Shown here: piece by piece, positions 1 to 9,888 of the stretch
Layout of the letters: each line of letters begins with the position of its first letter
How positions within the stretch are numbered: the first letter of the stretch is position 1
Assembly (NCBI GenBank): GCA_002504435.1
Contig: DAQP01000049.1
Coordinates: 1-62,724, forward strand
Length of the DNA stretch: 62,724 bases
Direction of reading: 5' to 3'
From: Euryarchaeota archaeon UBA438
GTDB lineage: Archaea; Thermoplasmatota; Poseidoniia; Poseidoniales; Thalassarchaeaceae
The notes under the pieces: model-generated
Told to the model about the DNA's origin: nothing
What the model saw: the letters and a program-made list of their open reading frames with translations, nothing else
The model's database searches: none
Position numbers and translations under genes: made by a program

Positions 1-69
1 CGGCAGATCCGGTGGCGGCGGCAGGTAGACCATCGTCATAATGAAAGTGCCTGCCTCCTTTGCAGTGGC

Positions 70-918
70 GTGGACGGGCACTGGACAGGAGTCCCGACAA
101 TCGAAGGCTCCGCTTCCAATGAAATGTGGGTGGAATCCTCGCCGAGGGTGTCCCTGAGGGTTATTGAGTGGGTTCCAGATTCCCCGGCTAACGAAGCGCC
201 GGTGGTCTTCGTCCCTGGTTGGGGCTCCGTTTTCGAAGGATGGAGGCCCCTGATCGAGGAGTGGGCGAGACACCGCCGGATCGTCTACATCGAAACGCGT
301 GAGAAGGGGAGTTCTAGGATCGAGGGGAATATCTCGAAGAGTGACTTCACTGTAGACTGTCTGAATACAGATATCGCTGCAGTTCTGGAGTCGTTGGGGA
401 TCGAGAGCAAGGATGTTGACTGGTTCTCATCTTCACTGGGCTCGACACTGCTGATAGACGCCTTCCAGAAGGGGAGGCTGTCAGGGAGGACATCCATCCT
501 CCTAGCTCCAAACACCGACTTCGTGTTCCCGATCTGGGCGAGGGCGCTGATGAAAATGCCACTGCCACGATGGACTCACCCCCGGCTGATGAGGGTGGCA
601 ATCTGGGCAGTTGACAGGAAGGTCAAGGAAGAGGGGCAGAGGATCCGCTACAGGAGAGCCCTACTCTCCCAGGACCTTGGGAAAATGCTTCTGTCTGCCA
701 GATACCTGATGGGGTACTCACTGCCCGAGGACCTCTCCTCAATCGATTTTCCTTGTGCGGTAATGACCGCATCGTCGGACAAGTTGCACGGAATGGAGAA
801 GGTGCTTAGCATCGTGGAGAGGATACCAGGGGGCCAGATGATAGAGGTCCCGTCTAACCAATATGCCCATGAGGCGGACGTTCTGAAGGAGATTATGCAA
901 TTTCAGTCGTCTGTTTGA
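70..918 (+). CDS. alpha/beta-fold hydrolase (family not resolved)
   Basis: 282-aa ORF (GTG at 70; first in-frame ATG at 124). It has VVFVPGWGS near the N-terminus, a nucleophile-elbow-like SSSLGS, and a C-terminal His in YAHEAD. This is a fold-level call only. Confidence 0.65.
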   Translation: MDGHWTGVPTIEGSASNEMWVESSPRVSLRVIEWVPDSPANEAPVVFVPGWGSVFEGWRPLIEEWARHRRIVYIETREKGSSRIEGNISKSDFTVDCLNTDIAAVLESLGIESKDVDWFSSSLGSTLLIDAFQKGRLSGRTSILLAPNTDFVFPIWARALMKMPLPRWTHPRLMRVAIWAVDRKVKEEGQRIRYRRALLSQDLGKMLLSARYLMGYSLPEDLSSIDFPCAVMTASSDKLHGMEKVLSIVERIPGGQMIEVPSNQYAHEADVLKEIMQFQSSV

Positions 919-980
919 TTCGCAGGGCCCACAATTAGCGATTCCCTGATGAAGGGCACTGTTGACGGCGGGACGAGAGC

Positions 981-3110
981 ATGCGTGAGCAGTCGTCGTC
1001 GTTTGAGGTCGCGCGGGTCGTGCGTGAGCTTTCGAAAATGGTGGGTGCGAGAGTCAGGAAGGCGTACCAGCCCCACTATGAGCAGGTGGTCCTGAGGCTG
1101 AACAGAAAGGGGGATTCCAACAGGGATCTGGTGATAGTCAGGGGGAAGAGGGTCTACACCTCAACAAGAGACAGGCCCATGCCCCCAAATCCATCGCAGT
1201 TCGCCATGGTTCTCCGGAAGCATCTTGGAAATTCTAGGCTAGTAGGCGTTGAGCAACACGGTTTCGACCGCGTGATGATACTGGATTTCGAACATGGCGG
1301 AGGGAAGGTGAGACTGGTGATTGAGCTCTTCAGGGACGGCAACATAGTACTCATAGACGGAGAGGGCGTCATCATTCAGCCCCTGACTCATGCCAATTAT
1401 GCCAGTAGATCCCTGAAGAAAGGCGTGGAATATGTCCCTCCCCCAGACGCCCTGGACCCCCGTGGCATGGAGATTGTGGAACTAGGGGCGATCCTGGATG
1501 AAAGCGACAGCGACGTCATTAGGACAATAGCATCCAGAGCGAACCTCGGGAGGGTTTTCGGTTCGGCCGCGTGCTCCTTGGCGGAAATCGATGAGGATAT
1601 TCCAGCCAATTCCCTAAATGAAGAGCAAAGAGAGGCGTTGATGGGCGCCATTACGAGCATGCTATCCGAGCTTGAAGATGGGACGGGTGCAATCCTCTGG
1701 TTGGCAGATAACGATGCGGTTTCGAAGTGGAAATCGGAGTCTGAGCTCGAGGCCTTCTCTAGCGCAGAAATCCTGTCGCCCATTTCTCTTTCCCACCTCG
1801 ATGGCTCGTTCTCCGTCAGGGTGGAGTCGGTCTCGGCTGCTCTAGACGGAGTTTTCGGAACTCATGACTCTGCGGCTTTCATCCGTCGTGAGGAGGAGCG
1901 TCTGATTGAGTCTGGTTCTGATGAGCAGCAAGTCCTAGGAAAGCTAGAAAGGAGGGCGGAACAGCAGAGGCAGGCTATCGGAAGATTCCACCAGAAGGCT
2001 GCGGTCTCGCAAGAGCTCGGTAAGGCGATCCAGGAAAACTGGGAGCACGTGAACTCAATTCTGGAGCAATTCAACTCAGCCATAGAAGACTCGAACTGGC
2101 AGTCTGTGGCAGAGAAGTCTCTGGACATACCATGGATAGGCGGGGTTGATCCTAAGAAGAGGACAATCGTGGCATATCTTCCAGATGAAGAAGGGGAGCC
2201 TGGCACCAGCATTACCCTGGAAGTCGGAAGGACAGTCCATCAGAACGCTCAGAGATATTTCGATAATGGCAGGACCCAGAAGGAGAAGGCGAAGGGGGCT
2301 CAGGATGCTCTCGACAGAACGGAGGCGTCGCAGGAGCGCGAGGGACGCAAGGCAGCCAAGGAGGCGGCCGCAGGCAGGTTACGTGCCGTCAGGCGAAGCC
2401 GCAGATTCTGGTTCGAGAAGCACAGATGGGCGATTCTCTCCGGTGGCCATTTCCTGATTGGTGGAAGGGATGCAAAGGGGAACGACTCAGTCGTGAAGAA
2501 GCACCTGGGGGCCAAGGACCTCTACTTTCATGCAGACTTGCATGGCGCTCCCTCCTGCACACTGAAGCTGAAAGATGGCTTGCTACCCAACCAAAACCCC
2601 GCCGAAAGCATTCCTGACGGAGTGGCTTCTCTCCAGATCTCACAGAGTCTCGCGGATGGCGTAGATGATGCCAGAGAGCTTCCCGAAACCATCCATGGCG
2701 AAGCCGCCAGGATTTCCGTATGCTGGTCCAGAGCATGGGGCAGTGGCGGCGCGGCGGCGACGGCGTTCCACGTCAGGCCCAGTCAAGTTTCCAAGACAAC
2801 AGAGAGCGGTGAATCCCTGGGCAGGGGTTCCTTCGTAGTCAGGGGACAGAGGAACTGGCACAGAGATCTGAAGCTTGAGATTGCAATTGGAATGGGTGTT
2901 GTTAATGGCGTACCTATGCCAGTTGTCGGAACTACTGAGACTATTTCCGGGATGTTCGGAAGATGGGCCAAGATCACTCCCGGGAGCAGAAAGAAAGAGG
3001 ATGTTGCGAATTCGATTTCAAAGGCGACAGGGCTTACTCAGGACGATGTTCTTTCCTGCCTCCCCCCTGGAAACTGTTCCATTGAGGACCATGGCCTCAT
3101 TGGTTCCTGA
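981..3110 (+). CDS. NFACT-family ribosome quality control protein (RqcH/Tae2/FbpA homolog)
   Basis: 709 aa. The N-terminus is NFACT-N-like (SFEVARVVRELS...YQP), the middle is a charged coiled-coil (RKAAKEAAAGRLRAVRRSRRFWFEK), and an NFACT-R/DUF814 signature follows (GGRDAKGNDSVVKKH...DLYFHADLHGAPSC). Confidence 0.85.
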   Translation: MREQSSSFEVARVVRELSKMVGARVRKAYQPHYEQVVLRLNRKGDSNRDLVIVRGKRVYTSTRDRPMPPNPSQFAMVLRKHLGNSRLVGVEQHGFDRVMILDFEHGGGKVRLVIELFRDGNIVLIDGEGVIIQPLTHANYASRSLKKGVEYVPPPDALDPRGMEIVELGAILDESDSDVIRTIASRANLGRVFGSAACSLAEIDEDIPANSLNEEQREALMGAITSMLSELEDGTGAILWLADNDAVSKWKSESELEAFSSAEILSPISLSHLDGSFSVRVESVSAALDGVFGTHDSAAFIRREEERLIESGSDEQQVLGKLERRAEQQRQAIGRFHQKAAVSQELGKAIQENWEHVNSILEQFNSAIEDSNWQSVAEKSLDIPWIGGVDPKKRTIVAYLPDEEGEPGTSITLEVGRTVHQNAQRYFDNGRTQKEKAKGAQDALDRTEASQEREGRKAAKEAAAGRLRAVRRSRRFWFEKHRWAILSGGHFLIGGRDAKGNDSVVKKHLGAKDLYFHADLHGAPSCTLKLKDGLLPNQNPAESIPDGVASLQISQSLADGVDDARELPETIHGEAARISVCWSRAWGSGGAAATAFHVRPSQVSKTTESGESLGRGSFVVRGQRNWHRDLKLEIAIGMGVVNGVPMPVVGTTETISGMFGRWAKITPGSRKKEDVANSISKATGLTQDDVLSCLPPGNCSIEDHGLIGS

Positions 3111-3663
3111 GAGCACCCCAGTCTGGCGCGGTGATGCCATAAATGGCAGCATCTACAAAATGATCATACAGCCACTCTCTGTCTTTCACGACCCCCTCCA
3201 GGACCATTCCCAGCCTCTCAGGTACCGCTCTGCTTCTCGAGTTCTCCACGGCCACAAGAATAGTTGCCTTGTGCAGGCCAAGATCGTCAAAGCAGTGGTC
3301 GATGAGTCTGACACAGCACTTGGTCACGATTCCGCCCCCCATAGCGTCCTCTGACAACCAGTACCCCAAAGTGAACCTCTTGTTTGACCAGTCTATCGAA
3401 TTAAGTCCAACAGTTCCGACGACAGAGCCACCTAGTAGAATCATGTACATACATCCATTTTCCGTGTAGGCACCATTCCCAATTGCTGCAGACTCGTCTT
3501 CGACACTCGTAACGTCATCTAGCCATGGGAGCCACTCCCTGAGGTACTGCCTGTTGTCATCTATCTTGAGGAATAGTTCCTCGGCGTCCCCTTGTTCTGG
3601 GACCCTTAGTTCCAGCCCGTCCCCGACCAGCAAGGACGAGGCAGGGCGGTAATGACTGGGCAT
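3097..3663 (-). CDS. GNAT N-acetyltransferase, RimJ/RimL-like
   Basis: 188 aa. It has LRVPEQGDAEELF...NRQYLREWLPW at the N-terminus, then a GNAT core (LGYWLSEDAMGGGIVT) and ATILVAVENSRSRAVPERLGM. Its 3' end overlaps the convergent upstream gene by 14 nt. Confidence 0.8.
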   Translation of the reverse strand: MPSHYRPASSLLVGDGLELRVPEQGDAEELFLKIDDNRQYLREWLPWLDDVTSVEDESAAIGNGAYTENGCMYMILLGGSVVGTVGLNSIDWSNKRFTLGYWLSEDAMGGGIVTKCCVRLIDHCFDDLGLHKATILVAVENSRSRAVPERLGMVLEGVVKDREWLYDHFVDAAIYGITAPDWGALRNQ

Positions 3664-3742
3664 GACATTCTGAACTTGTTTTGTCTATTGAGTTGTTCGC
3701 AGGTTGCGACAATGCTTCAAGCGAGGACTCGCGGGGAGACTC

Positions 3743-4801
3743 ATGAGTGGCGGCGATTACGGGAACTGGACCTACTCAGAGTATCTCAACCTAAACGAGC
3801 TGCTCGCCCTACAAGGAGAGGACAGGGGCGTGAGTGCTGATGAAATGCACTTCATTATCGTTCACCAAACCTTCGAGCTCTGGTTCAAGCAGGTCATCAA
3901 AGAGCTCTCTGAGGTAAGGGACATACTGGGGCAGGTTCCTGTCCCAGAGGATGAGATTCCGAGAGCGGTGGAGCATCTTGGAAGAACCACAGAAATTTTC
4001 AGGCTAATGGCCAATCAATGGACCGTTCTTGAGACCCTTACGCCACAGGGTTTCCTAGCATTCAGGGATGGGCTTGGTAGCGCTTCTGGATTCGAGTCCT
4101 ACCAGATGAGGGAATTTGAGATCCTCCTCGGATTGGAAGACGCGGACAGAATTGGCGGCATGGATCCACTTGAAACTTTCAGGAGGATGGCAAAGAGGGG
4201 CGAGGAGCACAGGGAAGTGCTCGCAAAGCTTGAGGATGCTTCTTCGAGGCCGAGTCTTGCTGAATCCCTGATGCTCTGGGTGGAAAGAACACCCATCATG
4301 GGATCGGTTTTCGGGTCCGACAACGACCAAGAGTCCGTAATGCAGTATGTCGACTCCCATCTCGAAGCACACAAGGGGATCTGTGACGCTGCATCGGGTT
4401 CATCAGAGATGATGGCAGCGAGGATGAAGGCCTCTCATGAGTCGGCTATTTCTTTCCTGAAGCCCGACGGGGTCCCCAGCAGGATGAGGGCTGGGCTTCT
4501 TTTCATCGAGTCATACAGGGAGCTTCCTCTTCTTGCATGGCCACGGAAGCTAATCGACGCAATTGTGGAGCTAGAGGAGTCCATGGTAAAGTGGCGCCAC
4601 TCTCATGCTAGAATGGTTGAGAGGATTATGGGGCGCCGGATAGGGACCGGGGGGACCAGTGGAGTTGACTACCTAGATGCTACTTCTGAGTACCGCATTT
4701 TCAAGGATCTGTGGGCAGTGAGGACCATACTCGTAAAACCGCAGATGAGACCAGAACTGGTAAACTCGGAATTCTACGGCTACCACTCAACAAATGAGTG
4801 A
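3743..4801 (+). CDS. kynA: tryptophan 2,3-dioxygenase
   Basis: TDO-family motifs are present: YSEYLNLNELLALQ, FIIVHQTFELWFKQ, SGFESYQMREFE and GTGGTSGVDYL. The ORF-track start at 3704 is TTG; the first in-frame ATG is 3743. Confidence 0.85.
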   Translation: MSGGDYGNWTYSEYLNLNELLALQGEDRGVSADEMHFIIVHQTFELWFKQVIKELSEVRDILGQVPVPEDEIPRAVEHLGRTTEIFRLMANQWTVLETLTPQGFLAFRDGLGSASGFESYQMREFEILLGLEDADRIGGMDPLETFRRMAKRGEEHREVLAKLEDASSRPSLAESLMLWVERTPIMGSVFGSDNDQESVMQYVDSHLEAHKGICDAASGSSEMMAARMKASHESAISFLKPDGVPSRMRAGLLFIESYRELPLLAWPRKLIDAIVELEESMVKWRHSHARMVERIMGRRIGTGGTSGVDYLDATSEYRIFKDLWAVRTILVKPQMRPELVNSEFYGYHSTNE

Positions 4802-4856
4802 GTTTTCCCTCTGGCCCATCGGACCTTTGAAGTCATCAGGTCCTTTCGAACGTCGT

Positions 4857-6017
4857 ATGCCGGAAGCGGTGATTTGCGGATATGCACGCACTCCCTTCGG
4901 AAAGTTCAGAGGAGGGCTGTCGAAATACTCCGCTACAGAACTTGGAACTATGGCGGTTTCAGAGCTTCTAAAGAGGTCCAAGATAGACCCTTCCGGTGGC
5001 GAAGTTGACCAGGTGTACATGGGGCAGGTACTCCAAGCTGGCGCCGGACAGGCCCCCGCTAGACAAGTCGCACTGGGTGCTGGCATGCCGCACTACACTC
5101 CTTGCACTACAATCAACAAGGTATGTGGATCCAGCCTGAAGGCCGTCATGATTGCAGCATCTGAGATTAGGGCGGGCATGTCCTCCTTGGCGGTTGCAGG
5201 CGGCATGGAGTCAATGACGAATGCTCCTCGATTTGTAAGAGAAGCCAGAAGGGGCGTTGACGTTCCCTACAAGTCACTGGTTTCCATATTGTCCCATGAT
5301 GGTCTTGAAGATGCATACACTGGGGAGAAGATGGGGAACACGGGGGAAACTTGTGCTCAGGAGTTTGGAATTTCTAGGGAGCGTTCAGACGAATATTCAG
5401 TGAGATCTCACCGACTTAGCAACATCGGTTGGGAAGAGGGGTGGATCTCTTCGGAGTGTTTCCCCGTTGGGGACGTGGATAGAGACGAAGGCATCAGGGC
5501 AGAGACAGATATGGAAGCCCTTTCATCGCTTTCTCCTGTTTTCAATGATTCAGGGCAGGTCACTGCAGGCAATGCGAGCCAAGTCTCCGATGGGGCCTCC
5601 GCGGTTCTGGTAGCCTCTGAGGAAAAGGCCGCAGAGATTGGGCTACCAATTCTGGCCAGGATTGTAGACTACACCACGTCAGGGGTATCTCCAGAGAGGG
5701 TCATGGCAGCGCCGATACCTGCGGTGGAAGACCTACTTGCCAGAAATGGCATAGACTCATCCAACGTCGACATATTCGAGCACAATGAGGCCTTCGCATC
5801 CGCGTCTTGTGCCATTATGGATCATTTTGGAGTTCCTGATGAGTGCTTCAACGTGCATGGTGGTGCGATATCGGTCGGGCATCCACTCGGAGCAACTGGA
5901 ACCAGATGCTTGATGACCTTGGTCAATGCCCTTGGACGGACCGAGGGGAAGCTCGGAGTTGTGACTATCTGCCTTGGTGGTGGAAATGCAGTTGCAATGC
6001 TGATTGAGCGTCCGTGA
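4857..6017 (+). CDS. acetyl-CoA C-acetyltransferase (thiolase II)
   Basis: MPEAVICGYARTPFGKF matches the usual thiolase N-terminus. The active-site Cys region NKVCGSSLKAV, NEAFAS, GHPLGATG and the C-terminal CLGGGNAVAMLIE are all present. An upstream ATG at 4794 would add 21 atypical residues. Confidence 0.93.
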   Translation: MPEAVICGYARTPFGKFRGGLSKYSATELGTMAVSELLKRSKIDPSGGEVDQVYMGQVLQAGAGQAPARQVALGAGMPHYTPCTTINKVCGSSLKAVMIAASEIRAGMSSLAVAGGMESMTNAPRFVREARRGVDVPYKSLVSILSHDGLEDAYTGEKMGNTGETCAQEFGISRERSDEYSVRSHRLSNIGWEEGWISSECFPVGDVDRDEGIRAETDMEALSSLSPVFNDSGQVTAGNASQVSDGASAVLVASEEKAAEIGLPILARIVDYTTSGVSPERVMAAPIPAVEDLLARNGIDSSNVDIFEHNEAFASASCAIMDHFGVPDECFNVHGGAISVGHPLGATGTRCLMTLVNALGRTEGKLGVVTICLGGGNAVAMLIERP

Positions 6018-6027
6018 GTGGTTTTCA

Positions 6028-6043
6028 CGCCCCTAAAGGGGCG
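6028..6043 (+). terminator. GC-rich perfect hairpin just after the thiolase stop (possible terminator or protein-binding palindrome)
   Basis: The sequence CGCCCCT-AA-AGGGGCG has 7-nt perfect arms. It sits 11 nt after the stop at 6015-6017 and is preceded by GGTTTTC. Confidence 0.3.
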
Positions 6044-6089
6044 AAGATGAGTAAGAGGGCTTATGTGGGGGTCTCCGGTCGGCCGCCCG

Positions 6090-6350
6090 ATGGTTAAGCC
6101 TGCAAGACACCACACACGCTTCGAAAAGGCGCGAATTATTGGCGCCAGAGCACTTCAGATTAGTATGGGGGCGCCTCTGTACGTGACCGAGGATGAGCTA
6201 AGGGAGAAATTCAGTGATGAGTTGATCCAACTCTACGGAGTTGAAGAGGCTAAGGAAAGAGTGGTTCTTGATCCGATGAAGATCGCCACTCTGGAGTATG
6301 AGGAAGACAAGATTCCAATCGATGTCGACCCCCACGAAGAGGAAGAGTGA
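6090..6350 (+). CDS. rpoK: DNA-directed RNA polymerase subunit K (Rpo6)
   Basis: The core motif [23 protein letters not shown] is diagnostic of RpoK/Rpb6, and a [16 protein letters not shown] tail follows. The start was chosen at MVKPARHH (6090); the ORF opens at 6063. Confidence 0.9.
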   Translation: MVKPARHHTRFEKARIIGARALQISMGAPLYVTEDELREKFSDELIQLYGVEEAKERVVLDPMKIATLEYEEDKIPIDVDPHEEEE

Positions 6351-6362
6351 GCTCCGGAAGGG

Positions 6363-7451
6363 GTGATTATCTTGCTCTGGCTGCGCCGTGAGACTTTCAA
6401 GAAAGTCTCAGGTGCGGTAAATCCGAGAAAGACGACTGTTGCTCTGATTGTCATCACTGTAATTGTGATAGGCATCGGCGGGACGATCAGAATCTACGAT
6501 GCGGGGGAGTCCTGTCCGGACTGGCCAACGTGCTTTGGGACGTTTGGATTCGACATCTCGGAGGAGGAGCAGGGAGAGTGGTGGGAAGAGAACCCAGAAG
6601 AAGCCGATTCAAGGGGTTCGGGTCACAGATACACCTCTTTCCAAATCTTCACTGAATGGATACACAGGCTCCTTGCTGGAGCGATATTGGGACCTCTGGT
6701 GATACTGAATTGGATCGCCATAAGATCTCGAGACGAGGTCTCTCCTAGGTCAAAAAAGGCAGCCCTGGTTTCACTTATTCTGATAATTTGGCAAGGTGCA
6801 GTGGGCTGGCTAACAGTCGAGCTTGACAATGAGCACTGGAGTGTCGCACTCCACCTAGGATCGGCCCTCGCATTCATGCTCTGCCTGGTTTGGCTTTGGA
6901 TGGAGCTATGCAAGGACGATGATGAGTTGCCGAGTTGGGCGGAGTTCGACCCCCTGATGACGAAGAAATGGGGGCCGATTCTTGGATGGGTGTCAATAGG
7001 CGCACTCGTTACGCTGTTCTCCGGGGCCTTCGTCTCCACGACCCCCGGTGCGAATTACGGATGTGGAATAGGGGGGATGGGGGAATCTTGGCCCCTGTGC
7101 AATGGGGAGCTGTTCCCCTCAATAGAGGACTGGGAGATTCAGTCCCAAGTTGTCCATAGGTGGTTGGTGGGGGCAGTAGGGCTGCTGCTAATCTCCACTT
7201 CTTACATGATATGGAAAGACTGCGAGCACGGACAAAGTGGCGTGATGCTCAAGAATTGGGTGTTCATTTCCACACTGATGTACGTCGTAAATGTCGCAAT
7301 AGGCGCTCTCTACATCCTGTCTTGGGACTCAGATGGGTTCTTTGAGTTGCTTTCATTGGCCCATCTTATGATGGCAGCCGCTACATTCTCAACCCTAGCT
7401 ACGGCTTGGTTGGGGCTCTCAGTAATCGCAATGAGGGATGGTAGTCACTGA
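6363..7451 (+). CDS. ctaA: heme A synthase (COX15/CtaA family)
   Basis: This is a polytopic membrane protein with the GESCPDWPTCFG Cys-pair motif and conserved His residues in helices (EWIHRLLAG, VALHLGSA, VHRWLVG, LAHLMMA). The start (GTG 6363) is uncertain. Confidence 0.8.
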   Translation: MIILLWLRRETFKKVSGAVNPRKTTVALIVITVIVIGIGGTIRIYDAGESCPDWPTCFGTFGFDISEEEQGEWWEENPEEADSRGSGHRYTSFQIFTEWIHRLLAGAILGPLVILNWIAIRSRDEVSPRSKKAALVSLILIIWQGAVGWLTVELDNEHWSVALHLGSALAFMLCLVWLWMELCKDDDELPSWAEFDPLMTKKWGPILGWVSIGALVTLFSGAFVSTTPGANYGCGIGGMGESWPLCNGELFPSIEDWEIQSQVVHRWLVGAVGLLLISTSYMIWKDCEHGQSGVMLKNWVFISTLMYVVNVAIGALYILSWDSDGFFELLSLAHLMMAAATFSTLATAWLGLSVIAMRDGSH

Positions 7452-7477
7452 GGAACAACAGCGGAGGGGGCGATAGG

Positions 7478-8527
7478 GTGATTGGTTCGTACTTTTCTCT
7501 GACCAAGCCTCGTGTAGTAATTCTTCTCCAAATCACTGCACTATGCTCCACATTGTCCCATGATCTGCTCAGCGAATCGGGGCTCGGCACTAGCACTCTG
7601 GAGACGATGTTTGTGGTATTGGTAGGAGGATACCTGACCGCTGGAGGGGCCAATGCGATCAATATGTGGTATGATCGGGATATTGATCCAATGATGAGGA
7701 GGACCTCAAAGAGGCCGATTCCAGCAGGAGAGATTACCCCGAATTCAGCATTGATTTTTGGAATAATTCTGTCAGTCTTTGGAACTCTATGGCTGGTGGC
7801 TATGGCGAACGAAGTTGCTGCATTCTGGGCTGCCTTCAGCATAATATTCTACGTCTTCATCTACAGCATCTGGCTGAAGAGAACCACTCCTCAAAACATC
7901 GTTATCGGAGGGATTGCTGGGTCTACGCCACCCCTTGTTGGATGGGCTGCAGCCGAGAGCGATCTGCAAATTTCAATGGAGTCTGCGGCTTTGTTTGTGG
8001 ATTCCATTACCGACATAGGCAGCCTAATGCCGTGGTTCATGTTTGGAGTGATCTTCCTGTGGACCCCACCACACTTCTGGGCTCTTGCGCTTTATCGCTC
8101 GGGAGAGTACGAAGAGGTTGGAGTTCCAATGATGCCCAATGTCAAGGGGGCCGAAAGAACCCTAGTTGAGATGAAAATCTACGCAGTTCTGCTGATTGTA
8201 ATGTCGGCATGTTCTCCGATAGTCTACGGTGACCTGGACTGGGGCGATATGCTCTACCACGTCCTGGGCTGGAATGCCATAATCCTGAGCGCCTGGTACG
8301 CAAGCACGATTTGGAGAATAGATATCGACGAGGCCCCTGACGAGGATGGAAGGAAGGCAACAGCATCTCGCTCATTCTTCGATTCTTTGGTTTACCTCTC
8401 ATTGGTATTCGTAATGTTGGTGGCCTCTAGTGTTGGACTTGAGGGGGCAATTGTTGGGGCACTGATTACAATAGGCTTTATTGCTCGAATTGAGTGGACG
8501 AAAAAGAAGACATTGGGGCAATCATAG
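7478..8527 (+). CDS. ctaB: protoheme IX farnesyltransferase (heme O synthase)
   Basis: UbiA-type motifs NMWYDRDIDPMMRRTSKRPIPAG and PPHFWALAL are present. The GTG start is preceded by GGAGGGGG about 8 nt upstream. Confidence 0.92.
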   Translation: MIGSYFSLTKPRVVILLQITALCSTLSHDLLSESGLGTSTLETMFVVLVGGYLTAGGANAINMWYDRDIDPMMRRTSKRPIPAGEITPNSALIFGIILSVFGTLWLVAMANEVAAFWAAFSIIFYVFIYSIWLKRTTPQNIVIGGIAGSTPPLVGWAAAESDLQISMESAALFVDSITDIGSLMPWFMFGVIFLWTPPHFWALALYRSGEYEEVGVPMMPNVKGAERTLVEMKIYAVLLIVMSACSPIVYGDLDWGDMLYHVLGWNAIILSAWYASTIWRIDIDEAPDEDGRKATASRSFFDSLVYLSLVFVMLVASSVGLEGAIVGALITIGFIARIEWTKKKTLGQS

Positions 8528-8598
8528 CTTGCGTTGATGCCCGATGCCTTCAAGCACTGAATGGGTTGTTGGCAACCGTAGGAGACTGGGGCGAGGTC

Positions 8599-9855
8599 AT
8601 GGATGAGAAGGAGTTGATCTACGATTGGAACGTTATCGACTACGGAGTCGAAAGAGATCCTTCGAATCACCCTCATGAGCTTTGGTTTGACGACGAGACC
8701 CTTCGTGATGGGCTCCAGAGCCCTAGCGCTAGCAATCCAACCATCGAGCAGAAGATCGAGTTGATTGACTATATGGAGAAGCTTGGGGTTCAGAAAGTTG
8801 ACTTAGGCCTCCCAGGAGCGGGCCCATTTCACGTTGGACACATAGATGCTATGCTGAGCCACATGGGGGATATGGGCTACTCACTAAGGCCCGGATGCGC
8901 GGTTAGAACGGTAGTTTCTGACATAGAGCCGCTTGTCGATCTGCAAGCTAAGCACGAACGGCAGATTCAGGCCAGTGCTTTCCTGGGAACCAGTCCCATC
9001 AGGCAGTATACGGAAGGATGGACGATGGAAAGGATAATGTCGACAGCAGAGTCTGCAGTTACCTTCGCAGTGGATAATGACATTCCCGTAATGTTCGTCA
9101 CAGAAGACACCACCAGAAGCAAACCTGATGAGATCAAGGAAGTGTATTCCAGGGCCATAGAGCTGGGTGCAGACAGGATTTGCGTTTGTGACACGTGTGG
9201 ACACGTTACCCCGAATGGGGTGAGGAAGCTTCTGAGTTTCATCCAGGATGAAGTGATTCCTGACTCCGGGGTTAAGAGACGTGATATTGAAGTCAACTGG
9301 CATGGACATCAGGACCGTGGACTTGGGGTGGCAAACAACCTAGCAGCCTACGAGGCAGGAGCAGATGTGATACACGGGACCGCCCTTGGCGTTGGGGAGA
9401 GGGCAGGGAACGCGCCACTCGATCAGACTCTGGTAAATCTGAGCCTCATGGGCGTGATTGAGAACGACCTGACATCACTGAATGAATACATGAGGAAGGC
9501 GAACGAATACATCGGTGTCGCCTTGCCTAGAAACTACCCTGTTTTCGGGGAAGATGCGTTCGAGACTGGGACCGGCGTGCATGCCAGTGCGGTCGTCAAG
9601 GCTATGGAAAAGGGCGACCACTGGCTAGCGGACAGGGTATACTCAGGCGTCCCAGCAGGAGATTTTGGTCTCGAGCAGGTAATCAGGATTGGGCACATGA
9701 GCGGTAGGTCGAACATCACTTGGTGGTTGAAACAGAATGGGTACGAAGTCTCGGACGGCTTAGTCGAACATATGTTCGAGGTTGCAAAGACGCAACGTAG
9801 CCTCATGACTGATGAAGAGGTACATGCAGCAATAGGTGCATTTGTTGGCTCGTAG
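8599..9855 (+). CDS. HMGL-like (DRE-TIM) synthase of the 2-isopropylmalate/homocitrate/citramalate synthase family
   Basis: FDDETLRDGLQSPS, CDTCGH and HGHQDRGLGVAN (metal ligands) are present. No LeuA C-terminal regulatory domain is evident, so the substrate is not assignable. The first 35 codons of the ORF overlap ctaB, so the start was set at ATG 8599. Confidence 0.8.
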   Translation: MDEKELIYDWNVIDYGVERDPSNHPHELWFDDETLRDGLQSPSASNPTIEQKIELIDYMEKLGVQKVDLGLPGAGPFHVGHIDAMLSHMGDMGYSLRPGCAVRTVVSDIEPLVDLQAKHERQIQASAFLGTSPIRQYTEGWTMERIMSTAESAVTFAVDNDIPVMFVTEDTTRSKPDEIKEVYSRAIELGADRICVCDTCGHVTPNGVRKLLSFIQDEVIPDSGVKRRDIEVNWHGHQDRGLGVANNLAAYEAGADVIHGTALGVGERAGNAPLDQTLVNLSLMGVIENDLTSLNEYMRKANEYIGVALPRNYPVFGEDAFETGTGVHASAVVKAMEKGDHWLADRVYSGVPAGDFGLEQVIRIGHMSGRSNITWWLKQNGYEVSDGLVEHMFEVAKTQRSLMTDEEVHAAIGAFVGS

Positions 9856-9888
9856 AAACATGACTCATGCGCCTATCGGCGACTACGA

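Noticed and set aside
1-39. A possible 5' end of a minus-strand gene running off the left edge (ATGACGATGGTCTACCTGCCGCCGCCACCG...).
   Set aside because: Only 13 codons are visible, which is too short to support a feature call.
2146-2457. An Arg-rich 103-aa ORF in an alternative frame inside the NFACT gene.
   Set aside because: It is an out-of-frame reading of the Lys/Glu/Ala-rich coiled-coil region, with no start context or motif.
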